From positions 12,524,001 to 12,588,000 of the forward strand of contig JBHGNT010000003.1 in assembly GCA_043228905.1 (NCBI GenBank): a stretch of DNA of 64,000 bases. Direction: 5' to 3'. Positions 12,401 through 25,300 of the stretch are shown in pieces. A program made the translations under genes and the position numbers. Position 1 is the stretch's first letter; each line of letters starts with the position of its first letter. A model generated the notes under the pieces. It was given only the letters and a program-made list of their open reading frames with translations. It did not search any database and was not told the DNA's origin. Source of the stretch: Azolla caroliniana. Its lineage: Eukaryota > Plantae > Polypodiophyta.

Positions 12401-14782
12401 GCCGAGGAAGATGAAACTGATACCGGAACCGGCCCCGATCCCGAAATGGATTCGGATGAAGAGGAAACGGAGGAGCCGGTTACCGAAGCTCCGGAACGGA
12501 GATATCCTCTAAGAGAGAGAAGGGCCCCCCGGAGATTTCCGGAACCAGAGCACGTGCTGCTAACCGACGAGGGGGAGCCGGAGAGTTTTGAAGAAGCAAA
12601 GCTTGACACCTATAGCCGCAGGTGGTTAAGTGACATGCAGGAGGAGATGGATTCCCTGCATGAGAACCACACATATGAACTTGTGGAGTTGCCGAAAGGA
12701 AAGCGGGCACTTCGAAACAAGTGGGTGTTCAAGCTGAAACCGGGAGATGCCGGAAACCCCCCGAGATACAAAGCCAGGATCGTGGTGAAGGGGTTCTAGC
12801 AGAAGAAGGGCGTCGACTTCGACGAGATATTTGCCCCGGTAGTGAAGATGACCTCCATCCGGACGGTGCTGAGCATAGCGGCAAGCATGGACCTCGAGGT
12901 AGAACAGATGGACGTGAAGACGGCATTCCTTCACGGTGACCTCGAAGAAGAGATCTACATGCAGCAACCGGAAGGATTCGAGAAGAAAGGGAAGGAGCGC
13001 CTGGTATGCCGGTTGAAGAAGAGCCTTTACGGACTGAAGCAGGCTCCCTGGCAATGGTACCGGAAGTTCGACTCTTTCATGACCGACGAAGGGTACCACA
13101 AAACGCAGTCCGATCACTGCGTGTTTGTGAAGAAGTTCGAAGGAGGAGACTTTCTAATACTCCTCCTGTACGTGGACGACATGTTGATCGTCGGACGGGA
13201 CCAGGTCAAGATACGGATGCTGAAGAAAGCGCTTCACCGAACCTTCTCAATGAAGGACCTAGGTCCGGCGAGGCAAATACTAGGGATGCACATCATCCGG
13301 GACCGGAAGAAGAAGTAGTTGTGGCTGTCACAGGAGAAGTACGTGACAAAGGTGCTTCATCGGTTCAACATGTCGGAAGCAAGACCGGTCGGGTCAACCC
13401 TCCCGGCAAACTGCAAGTTGTCCAGCAAGCAAAGCCCCAAGACAAAGGCTGAGAAGGAGGACATGATGAAAGTACCATATGCCTCTGCCGTCGGAAGCTT
13501 GATGTACGCAATGGTGTGTACAAGACCGGACATAGGATATGCAGTCGGAGTGGTGAGCCGGTACATGAGCAATCCCGGCAAAGAGCACTGGAACGCGGCC
13601 AAGTGGATACTCCGATACCTGAAGGGCATGGCAAACGTGTGCCTCCGATTCGGCTCCGGTAAGCCCGAACTCGACAGCTTTACCGATTCGGATATGTCGG
13701 CTGATGCAGATACCAGCCGGTCCACATCAGGGTATGTGATGACGTATGCAGGGGGAGCTGTTTCGTGGCAGTGGAGGCTGCAGAAGACGGTTGCGTTGTC
13801 AACCACGGAGGCGGAGTACATGGCGGCTGTTGAAGCCGGCAAGGAAATAATATGGATGAAGGACTTCATTAGAGAGCTCGGTATCCGGCAGGAGGAGTAC
13901 CGACTCTACTGCGACAGTCAGATTGCCATCCACCTTGCGAAGAATGCGGCCTATCACTCCCGGACGAAGCACATCCAGCGAAGATATCACTGGATCCGGG
14001 AAAGGATAGAAGACCAGGAGTTCGTGCTGACGAAGATCCACACGGACGAGAACGGGTCAGATATGCTGACCAAAGTGCTCACACCCGACAAGCTGGAAGC
14101 GTGCCGGAAGAGGGTCGGACTGGAAAGACATCCCATGCCGAAGTGAAGGGGGAGTTTGTTGGGATTACGGTCCCTCCGGATGGGATGGTCAGATGTCCGG
14201 GAATCGGGAATGAAGACCCGAATGAGGAGTACCCGGTATCGGAACCGGATGATGAAGACCCGGTTTCGGATCCGGATGATGAAGACCCCGGCTACGGAGC
14301 CGGATGACGAATGTACCCGGAGAGAGATCCGGATGCGGGGACATATTTGTGAATATGTTTGCCAAGGGCCCTCTAGGCTATATTTGTAAATAGCCCGAAA
14401 GTCATATGTGTATAAATATGACTTAGGGCAAACAGTTTTGTTGTTGTTGCTCATTTTTCTGTTTTCCACTTAGAGGGAGCGAAGTGAGAGCAGCCGAGAG
14501 AGAGAGTGAGAAAGGAAGAGGTCGACGCCTCTGTGTAATACCGCCGCCTATGGCGAGGACAGCGAGCTCAAGGTCGTCGCCTTGCAGCTCGCCATTGTAC
14601 ATTCCCTGCGTATAGTGATCGTTGGAGTCTTGCACTCCCGTGGTTTTTCCCATCTAGGGTTTTCCACGCTAAACCCTGTGCATTCGAGTCTCTCTCTGTG
14701 TTTTCGATTTACTGCTGCATTGACTCGTGTTTCCTCGGTTGTGGCCGAGAGGTGAAGGTTTTGAAAGCGTCAATTTCTAACA
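9416..14782 (+). mobile_element. Full-length young Ty1/copia (Tnt1/Tork-like), copy 1
   Basis: 626-bp LTRs 9416-10041 and 14157-14782 (3 differences seen); TSD AGTTG; PBS TGGTATCAGAGC 10045-10056; PPT 14141-14154. Confidence 0.97.
10073..14146 (+). pseudogene. gag-pol polyprotein of copia copy 1 (gag, CCHC, PR, IN, RT, RH) with 3 in-frame TAG stops
   Basis: CFHCGKPGHFRKNC, WVVDSGAS, LELVHTD, RADNGGEY, LLYVDDML; stops at 10136, 12797, 13316. Confidence 0.95.
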
Positions 14783-17700
14783 AGTTGAATCCGAAGGAAA
14801 AGAAAATTTGAATACAGATCCAGATCCGGATCGAGTCTGCATAGGCATCCAGAAAAGGCCACATATGTAAATAGGTTTTGTGTTGTGCCTATTTAGGCCT
14901 GATTTGTAAATAGTCCTAAGTTGTATAAGTATAAAGATAAGTAGGGCAAAACTTTGTGTGTGTTGATTTTTTTGACTGTTGTCACTTAGAGAGATAGTGA
15001 GAGTGAGAGAAGCGTAGCATCTCCATTGTAACCACCTGTAGGCGAACCAAACGAGCTCAAGGTCAGTGCCTGTGAGTTCTCATTGTATTGCCTCTCATAG
15101 TGAACGGTTCGGAGTCTGTGGGCTCTCGTGGTTTTTACCCATGTGGGGTTTTCCATGCTAACATCATGTGTCTCCGTGTAAGTAAATCATTTTCGGATTT
15201 TCTGTTTTCTCCCCCTTATGCTTGAATCTCGGTTGTGGCCGAACCCTATTTTCAACAAATTTATATCAGAGTCAAGGTGCATTACCTTGAAGAGAAAGAA
15301 AATGGAAGACACATTCGGGGGAATATTCAAGCTAACCGGCTCCAACTACTCAATGTGGAAGTCGAAGATGAGAGACATTTTGGTATGCAAAGACCTCTAG
15401 CCATTTTTGCAATATGGGAAGACCAAGCCAGACAAGATAGATTCATCGACTTGGGAAGTCATGGATTTGAAGGCAGCAACATACATAAGGTGTTTTATAG
15501 ACATGAGTCTATACAACAACTTCAATGAAGAGAACAGGGCAGATGTCCTTTGGGAGAAGATCAACATTATGTTAGAAAACAAAAATGCTATCAACAGAGT
15601 CTCAGTGTTCCGGAAGATAGTGAGACTCGGTTATCAAGATGGCTCTACCATGGTGGAGTATCTGAATGCCTTCCAAGGGCTAATAAACCAAACCACCTCT
15701 CTAGAGGTACCTCTAGCTGATGAGGTACTAGCATTACTATTGTTGGGATCCCTTCCGAACAGTTGGGAGATGCTTGTTGTCATGTTGGGCAATGCCGGAC
15801 CAGAAGGGAAGCACTTATCCCTAGAGAAGGTGAAATCGAGCTTGCTCAATGAGGAAGCTCGTCGGATGGATAGAGAGGCAATTTTTGACCCAAAGGCCTT
15901 AGTCATAGAAGGTGACTTAAATGGGGGGAGAGGTCGAAATAGTTCCCAAAACCGGGAAAAGTCAGGGACAAGGCTAGAGTCGAGAGGAAGGCACACGTGC
16001 TTGTATTGTGGAAAGTCGGGGCACTTCCAAAAGAATTTCCAATAGTTCTGGAAAGATAAAGTGGGAGTTGATGGTGTAGAGCCGACGAAAATCTCTGACA
16101 GAAAGAACACCTCAACAATCACCATGAGTGAAGAGGAACTGTGGTTCATTAGTGAACAAAATGAAGTCAATCTCGCTAGCAAAGAATCAACATGGGTGGT
16201 CGATTCTGGTGCATCATTTCACTTGACCCCAAACAGAGGATGTTTCTCATCGTATAAGGCTGGAGATCACGGATATTTGAAGATGGGAAATGACGTTGCA
16301 TGCAAAATAGTCGAAATTGGAGATGTACATTTGCTGATATCAACAGGTTGTAGAATGGTGATAAAAGACATATGCCATGTTTTGGACATCAAATTGAATT
16401 TGATATCGACTAGACGGTTTGATGACGAAGGCTACAATGGTACCTTCCGGAACAACATCTCGAACTTCTGCAAGGGAAGTCTAATCATGGCCCATGCCCG
16501 AAAGTAAAGTACTCTAGATGTGTTGCATACACGACTGAACTAGGACCAGGTAAATGTGGCAGCCAACTCAATCAAAGAGCCAAAGTGCATCTAAAGAAAT
16601 GCCCAAACTGCTTGGCCGGAAACCATATTAGGGTCGCCTTTCACCTTAGACCTCCGATGAGAAGGAAGAATGCTCTGGAACTTGTGCATACGGACGTATG
16701 CCATGTTGATAGTCACATGTTGGTGCACAATATTTTGTGCAATTCATGGATGACTATAGTCGGAAACTATGGGTCTCGTCACTGAAGACCAGGTGTTGTC
16801 TGTCTTCAAAGAATTCTAGGCAAGAGCGGGAGAGAGTCTAGACAAAAGCTGAAGGCTGTCCAGATAGACAATGGAGGAGAATACCGAGGGCAATTTGAGG
16901 AATATTGTTGGTCTCAAGGAATCTGGCTGGAATACACAGTGCCGAAGACCCCGGAACTAAACAGCGTGGCCGAGAGAATGAACTGGACTATGACGGAGGG
17001 AATCTGATGCATGCTAGCACACGCAAAATTACTGAAGACCTATTGGGAAAAGGCTATGAAGACAGTTTAGGGTTTAGAGGCTAGTCGAGAGTCGGATATG
17101 AACCAGTCGGCCAAACAGATAGTCGACAAAGCCAAGAGCTGATTAAGGAACAAGGAGAACCAGTCGAAAGAAGACAACGGCCGAACGCGGATCCAAATCA
17201 AACTTGGATGAGAAGCTGATGAAAGAAGTTGAAAAGGAGCCAACTTTGTCCAATGGAGGCAAAAGATACCCTCTAAGAGAGAGAAGGTCCCCCTGGAGAT
17301 TTCCAAATAAAGAGTACTACATGCTACTAACCAATGAGGGAGAGTTGGAAAGCTTCGAGGAAGCGAAGAGGGAAACCCACAATAGAAAGTGGTTGAGTGG
17401 CATGCAAGATGAGAACCACACATTAGAGCTAACGGAGTTGCCAAAAGGAAAGATGACAATTTGGAACAAGTGGGTGTACAAGTTGAAACTGGGAGATGGC
17501 AAAAATACACCCAGATATAAAGCCAAAAATGTCATAAAAGGTTTTTAGCAGAAGAAGGGTGTAGATTTCAACGAAATATTTTCCCCGGTTGTCAAGATAA
17601 CATCCATTCGAACAATACTCAGCATAGCGGCTAGCATGAACCTCGAAGCTGAACTGTTGGATGTCAAGATGACGTTTCTGCACGGTGATCTCGAAGAGGA

Positions 17701-19264
17701 GATATACATGTGGCAACCAGAAGGATCCATGGAAAATGGAAAGAGGAATATGGTCTGCTAGTTGAGGAAGAGCCTTTGCGGATTGAAGACAGCTTCCCAG
17801 CAATGGTACTAAAAGTTTGAATCCTTCATGACCAACCAAGGATACCACAAGATGCAAGCCGACCACTGCATGTTCGTGAAGAAGGTCGACCAAGGTGACT
17901 TTCTAATCCTTCTGCTATACGTAGATGACATATTGATAGTTGGAAGGGACCGTGTCAAGATCGGAAGCCTAAATAAGGCACTGAGCAAGTCGTTCGCGAT
18001 GAAGGATATGGGTTTGGCGAAGCAAATCCTAGGGATGCACATAGTCCAAGACAAAACAAAGAAGTTGTTGTTGGCTGTCACAGGAGAAGTATGTGACAAA
18101 GGAACTCCAGAGATTCAACATGCAAAACGCAAAGACAGTCGGGTCGACATTGCAGACAAATTGCAAGTTGTCTGGGAGACATTGTCCGAAAATGAAAGCA
18201 AAGAAGGCCAAGACGAGCTAGGTACCCTATGCCTTAGTAGTTGGAAGCCTGATGTACGCGATGGTTTGTACCAAGCCGGACATCGGATATGTTGTCAGAG
18301 TCGTCAACCGATTCGTGAGCAATCTGGGCAGAAAGCACTGGGAAGCAATCAAGTGGATACTCTGGTACCTAAGAGGCACCTCGAGCGTATGTCTCTGATT
18401 CAGTTCAGGTAACCCCTTATTGGAAGGTTTTATTGACTCGGACATGTCATCTGAGGTAGATACCAGTCGGCCCACGTTCGGGTATGTAATGACTTATGCA
18501 TGGGGAGCTGTCTTGTGGCAATCGAGGCTCCATAAGGCCATGGCATTGTTGACCAGGGAAACGGAGTATATGGAAGCTATAGAAGTCGGTAAGGAGATAA
18601 TCTGGATGAAGGAGTTCATCGGAGAGTTGGGGATTTGACAAGAAGATTTCTGACTCAACTGTGAACCCAAGCGCCATACACCATGCGAAGAATGCCGCCT
18701 ACCACTCAGGGACTAAGCATATCCAATGGAGATACCATTGGCTTAAGGATATGGTGGAAGAAAAGGAGTTTGCTCTAATAAAGGTTCACACAAATGGATC
18801 TTAACATGCTGACGAAGGTGTTGTCGGTAGAGTCGGATGCGTGTTGAAGACATGTCGGATTGACGAAGTACCCCATGCCAGAGTGAAGGGGGTGTTTGTT
18901 GGGAAAACAGGTCCATCCGGATGGGAAGGAGAGCACAAACCAAATCAATCCGATCTGAAGGAAAAGAAAATCTGAATCTAGATCTGGATCCGGATTGGCA
19001 TCCAGATCGAGTCCGGATAGGCATCCGAAAAAGGCGAGATATGTAAATAGGTTTTGTGCTTAGCCTATTTAGGCCAAATTTGTAAATGGCCCCTAGTTGT
19101 ATAAGTATAAAGATAACTAGGGCAAATCATTAACTCAGAGAGAGAGAGAGTGAGAGAGAAGCGTAGCATCTCTGTTGTAACCGTTTGTAGGCGAAGAAGA
19201 GGAGCTCGAATTCGGTGCCTGTGAGTTCTAATTGTATTGCCTCTCATAGTGAACTGTTCAGAGT

Positions 19265-19645
19265 TGTTGAGAATCAAGCTCAACTTGGTCTAGTGTGTGA
19301 ACTCACCTTGAGAGTGAATAGACACTCCAACGGTCAAGAGTCACCATTATGTCACCACTTTGTATTCTAGCATTTAGTATGAGTCATAGAATCATATTCT
19401 ATGACACATAACTTATGAGCTTTCACATTCCCCATGCTCCATGAGTCTTGTAGTTAATGAAAAGAGAGGGTGCCTATATAAAGCACCCTCCTCCCACCTT
19501 GTATAATGTTGAGTCTTTCTCCTTTGTTAATATACTTTACCTTGCGTGTTCTCGATGTCTTACTCCTTGTCTCTTTCTCTCTCTCATACACACACACAGT
19601 TCATATCTATTCCGCTGCACAGAATCCATCTCTTGATTCTTTACA
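19265..19645 (+). mobile_element. Solo LTR inserted in the 3' LTR of the old copia
   Basis: TGTTGAGAATCAAG...CTTGATTCTTTACA; TSD AGAGT on both sides; removing it restores the match to the 5' LTR. Confidence 0.92.
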
Positions 19646-19884
19646 AGAGTCTGTGGGCTCCCGTGGTTTTTACCCATTTGGGGTTTTCCACGCCAACATC
19701 TTGTGTTTCCATCTAAGTAAATCATTATCGGATTTTCTGTTTTCTCCCCCTTGTGCTTGAATCTCAGTTGTGGTTGAATCGTATTTTCAACAATTGGAAC
19801 CCGTTGGCTACCTATGGTTACTATAGATCTACAAAACAAGTCGGCTACAACCGACTAGCACAATGCAATACACAACTATAGAAT

Positions 19885-22320
19885 TTGTAAAAACGAAGGT
19901 GCAGAAACGTTAGACAACCGTCTTAGCCGGATAACAACAAAGAGAGAGATTAACACGCAGGAGAGACAGAGACAGAGAAAGAGTAAAACAACTTAAATCT
20001 ATTATCAACAACTCTGTAAAATTCTCTATGCAAACAACGTGCTCAACAACACTATTTATACAAGTCCTAAGAGGACTGACAAAAGTACAGTGTACTTCAA
20101 TGCTCACATGACCGGCTGACACTAACTACGAGACATTAACTACCTAGTAGTCTAGGCTGCTACTAGGCTTCTGGTTACTGCTTGATCCGGCTAACCGGCT
20201 CCCTAGATCACCGGCTCGCTTGCTCATCAGCTCACCATTCCGGCTCATCCTTCCGGATGCCGATTCGGCTCAAGCTTATTCAGCCCATCCGGCTCAGGCT
20301 TATTTAGCCGATCCGGATCCGGTTGAGCTTGGCGCTCAAAACTCCCCCTCAAGCTCAACTTGAGGTCGGATCATAGTATCAGTCTCCATGGCAGTTGGTC
20401 CTTCCACCCGGCTCCTTCTGGCGTCACTCCGTCTCGCTCGCGCTCCTCATCCAGTCCGGTCCCGTTTGCTGCGACCCTTCTGATTCTGCGCACCTCGACC
20501 TCCTCGGTCGGCTTGTCTGCTCAACAAGCCCAATTCAGCTCTCTCGTTGTTGTGACTTCGGCACTTGCTGATTCGCCGATTCCTTCGTGTTGGCGTCGAC
20601 TTTCGCTGCCTTCTTGTCCTCTTGGCCTTGAATTGATCCGGTTCTTCCGAATCCGTCAGTTGAACCGAATCAGCTGTCTCTAACCGTTGTCGCTTGTTCT
20701 GACTTGTTCGGATGTGTCAACTTCCTTTATCGACTCGGCTCCTTTCTTCTTCTTGTCTCCCCCTTTGTCGGTTCTTCCCTCACCTCCGCAATCGATAGTT
20801 TCTTTGCCTTTGCTCGTTCCGGTGTCTTTGCCTGTTCTCCCCCTCAAGTGTGGCACGTTGAGATGTTGAACACCAAGCATTTCGTTGAAGTGCTGCAACT
20901 TGTCTGATCCGAGCAGTTTGGTGAAGATGTCAGCAACTTGTCGATCCATATGAACATACAGAAGTTCGACTTCACCGCTCAGGACACGCTCACGCACGAA
21001 CTGGTAGTGCACTTCTATGTGCTTTGTGCAAGCATGGAATACGGGGTTCTTGGCAAGCTGCATGCTGCTTATGTTGTCACAGTAGATCAAGATCGGGGTC
21101 GGCACCTCGATCCGTAGGTCTTGCAGTAGTCGCCGAAGCCAAATGGCTTCATAGGTGGCAATGGTAGCGCCCCGGTATTCAGCCTCAATGCTCGAAAGGG
21201 CCACTATTGGCTGCTTTTTGCTGCTCCACGCAACAGCAAAGCTACCAAGGGAAAACATCGCCGATGCATCGCCGGCCCAGTTGGCATCGATGTAGCCGAC
21301 TAGCACTTCGGTTATACCATGTCGGTATAACAGTCCCCGGTCCTTCATGTCGCTCACATATCACAAAATTTGATGTGTGCACAGAAGTGCTCCACGGTCG
21401 GTTTCTGCATATATTGGTTGATCACGCTGACCGGATAACTGATGTTGGGTCGGGTGATGGTCAAATATATAAGGCTTTCGACGATTTGTCGGAACCACTT
21501 CTCATCACAGGCCGGTCCTACGTTACTCGTCTCTTGTCGGAGTTGAAGCTTCCTGGCTGTAGTGCTTGCGGCGAAAATCTTCTTTAGATTTCCCCAAGCA
21601 TCTTTCGGCGTTTTTGCATCCCGAATGTAGCTTAGGAGTTGTTCACCCACACAAGACACGAAGCAGTACAGTACTCTACTCGCGGATTGTTCGCACGCCG
21701 CGAAATCTCTGTGTATGTCGATTTGGGTGTTCTGTCATTTGCTCCGTCAACATAGCTCCAGTAACTGTGCCCGAGCAGGTACTAGTGCATCTTGTAGGAC
21801 TAAGACACGTAGTTGTTTCTGTCGAGCTTCTCCGTCGGAAGCGAGCTAGCCATGCCTCTATGTCGGCTGCAAAGGTTCTCAACCCTCGTGCTCTAATACC
21901 ATGTAAAGAATAGCGTGTGGAAGCAAGTAGAAAACCGAACATAGAAAATATGCAGGTTTAATGGAGAGCTTGAATATACACAGTACAGGGGAGAGACAAA
22001 GAGAGAGAATACACAGAAATTCAATTCAAAATAATACTCAATTTGTACATAGGATGTGCTCAGTGAGCACTTTTATACAAGTCCATACGGACTAACAGAA
22101 GTACTAACACGTACTTCAATGCTCATAAATGAGCTCTACACTAACTCCCAAAATATATTCCTACGCGGAATATCTTTCCAACGCCCTAGCGGTTTATGCA
22201 TTGCTACGGCTTCTCATTGCGCGCCAGTCTGCGCACCCGTTCACGCACCGGTCCGGCCTAACCGATCCGGTTCTCGGCTTGTATAGCCGATTTTGCTAAT
22301 GTTGAGCTTGTATCTCAACA
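19885..22320 (-). mobile_element. Internally deleted, probably chimeric Ty1/copia (gag N-terminus fused to RT end/RNase H)
   Basis: LTR 22320-21902, PBS TGGTATTAGAG 21901-21891, WSSKKQPIVALSSIEAEY, PPT 20353-20342, LTR about 20340-19885; LTRs strongly diverged, flanks do not form a TSD. Confidence 0.75.
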
Positions 22321-25300
22321 CTACTAAAAGTACTCCTCCAGTACATGTCTTAGCACGCTTAGATTCCGGAGCCAACTCTTGCTTCATGGATAAGAATTTT
22401 GCCCAAGCTCATCAGATATCCCTAAATAAACTCCCATGTCCAGCCTCTGTAGTAGTCATTGATGGTCGTCCCATTATTTCCGGAAATATTATAGAAGAGT
22501 CAAAACCCGTTAATATTGTCCAAGATAACTTAGCGTGTGTAGTATGATTTAATATAATTAGTATCCCAGAACATCCCATTGTTTTGGGATCACCATGGTT
22601 CGAATTACATAACCTAGCCATAGACTGGAGAACAAGAGAAATACGGTGTCGACAAACCCCAGGATCTACTCATAAGATTGCAACCATTTCACTACATCAG
22701 TTGCGTGAAGAAGGACGCAAGGAAGAAAGGTTTGTCTTCGCAATATCAATAAACCCCTCCAGTATCAATAAAGAGGAGTCCACCGTTTAACTTCTAGAGA
22801 AGTATCGTCATTATGCCGATGGGTTTGATAACGTACGAGCTAATATGCTTCCTCACCATCGACCGTATGATTGCCCCATCGATTTACAACCAGGAAAAGA
22901 GCCACCATGGGGACCGATCTACAATTTGTCACCAACCGAGCTAGAAGACCTTCGAGTCTATATAGAGGAGAATTTGGCAAATGGTTTCATTCGACATTCA
23001 AAATCTCCAGCTGGCGCACCCATTTTCTTCGTCAAGAAAAATGATGGATCACTTTGTCTCGTTGTAGATTACTGTGGATTGAATAAAGTCACCATCAGGA
23101 ATAGGTTGCACTTCCCCTTATCTCAAGTCTTTTAGAACTGATCAATGGTGCAAGGTTCTTCACAAAGATCGACTTACGACAAGCGTATAACCTCGTACGG
23201 ATCGAACCAGGAAATGAATGGAAGACTGCATTTCGCACCAGATATGGGTACTTCGAGTATATGGTCATGCCATTCAGCCTCACTAATGCGCCAGCAATTT
23301 TCGAGCACATGGCAAATGATATATTCTGAGATCTCTTGGATGATTTTTTGATCATCTATTCGGATGATCTACTGGTTTATTCGAAGACCCGAGAAGAGCA
23401 TGATTCTCATGTACTGTTTGTACTAAAACAACTTCGAGAACATGGTCTTTATGCAAAACTGGAAAAATGTAGTTTCAAATTCAACCAAGTAGAATTTTGG
23501 GCTATGTCATTTCCTCGGAAGGCATCTCCATGGATCCAACTAAGTTCAAAACGATGGTAGAGTGGCAGACTCCGCATTCGTTGTGAGATATGAAATGCTT
23601 TTTAGGCTTTGCCAATTTTTACTGTAAGTTCATACAGGATTACTCAAAGCTTGTTCTACCTCTCGCACAACTTACTAAGAAGGGAAAATCGTTCCTTTGG
23701 TCTAAAGAAGTAGACATTGCTTTTGTTGGGAATCGGTCTCTCTAAATGGGATCCGGTGATGAATAAAGAGGACCTAGTGAGAACCGGAAGAGATCCGGAA
23801 ACCGGTGGAGACCCGGTCAGAACCGGAAACCGGATCGGTGGACCCGGTGAGAACCGGAAGAGAAGACAAATTTGTAAATATGTCTTGAATAAGCCCATTG
23901 AGGCCATGTTTGTAAATAGCCCATTAACTATTAATATGACTTAGGGCAATCACTTTTGTTGTGATTGGGTTGTTGTCATATTGCTGCAACTGTTGTATAG
24001 AGACATATAGAGAGTGAGAGAGAGCGTGAGAGAAGTTACAAGCACTCTCTGTTGTAACCGACGCCTGGCGAAGATTGCGAGCACGTGGTCGTTGCCTCTG
24101 TGTCTCCACTCTGTATTTCCTCTCTTCATAGTGATAGTTCAGAGTCTGGGGACTCCTGTGGTTTTTCCCCTATTAGGGTTTTTCCATGTAAACATCCTGT
24201 GTCATTTTTCTTGTGTACTCTCCACTTCCCATTTCTTTGTTTGATTTTTTTTTTTGAAGTGATTTACTACTCAGTTGTGGCCAAGCGATATTCCGTGCAT
24301 TTCTCATCAAACAGGTATCAGAGCGAACAACACAGGAAATGGAAGAATCTTACGGCGGCATGTTCAAGCTCACCAGTTCCAACTACTCAGTGTGGAAATT
24401 GAACATGAGGGACATGCTAGTGGTTAAAGATCTTTGGTTGCCGGTTCAGTTGGGGGACAAGAGACCGAATAAGATCGACGCCACGGTGTGGGAGGTGATG
24501 CACATGAAGATGACGACATACATCCGGTGCTTCATCGACATGAGCCTGTACAATAACTTCAATTAAGAGAGCAAGGCTCATGACCTCTAGGAGAAGATCG
24601 ACATCATGTTCCAGAACAAGAATGCTATTAATCGGGTTTCGGTATTTTGGGAGCTAGTGAGGCTCTGGTACCAAGACGGCTCCAGTATGGCGGATCTCAT
24701 GAATGCCTTCCAGGGGCTGATACACCAAGCAACCTCGTTGGAAGTACCTCTCGTTGATGAGGTACTCGCATTGCTCCTGCTCGGTTCCCTCCTAGATAGT
24801 TGGGAGACGTTAGTTGTCACGTTGGGCAACGTCGGGCCGGAAGGAAAACAGTTGTCCCTAGCAAGGGTAAAATCAAGCTTGCTAGATGAAGAAGCTTGCC
24901 GAAAGGACCAGGAGTCCGGAACTGATCCAAAGGCCTTGGTCACGGAAGATGACCACAACCAGGGAAGAGGCTGGTATCGGAGTCCCCAAAACCAGGACAA
25001 GTTGGGGACGAGGTCGAAGTCAAGGGGGAGGCCTATTTGCTTCTACTGTGGGAAGCTGGGGCACTTCCATAAGAACTACCGGCATTTCCAGAAGGAAAAA
25101 GAAACCGGCACTACTGATTCGAAGAAGAGTTCAGACCGAAACGGTTCGAACCGGAGAGACCCGGATCGGAAAGGAACGTCGACGATCGTGACAAGTGAAG
25201 ATGAACTGATTCTCATTACCGAAGAGAATGAGTTAAACCTTGTCGGCGACGAGACAACATGGATTGTCGATTCTGGAGCGTCGTTCCACCTTACCCCGGA

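Larger units (their letters stand above)
9361..19792 (+). mobile_element. Old degenerate Ty1/copia (gag type B, pol type B), host of two nested insertions
   Basis: 5' LTR 9361-9415 + 14788-15257, 3' LTR 18897-19792; TSD ATCGG/ATTGG; decayed PBS at about 15261; gag MEDTFGGIFKLTGSNY at 15302; LLYVDDIL; many stops and deletions. Confidence 0.88.

Noticed and set aside
12797-13318. Programmed stop-codon readthrough in copy 1
   Set aside because: Copies 2 and 3 have CAG at these positions, so they are simple C>T mutations
10289-14041. Many 60-185 aa antisense and alternate-frame ORFs over the copia copies (also 35077-38754 and 61454-63923)
   Set aside because: Expected shadows of GC-rich coding sequence; they recur only because the elements are near-identical
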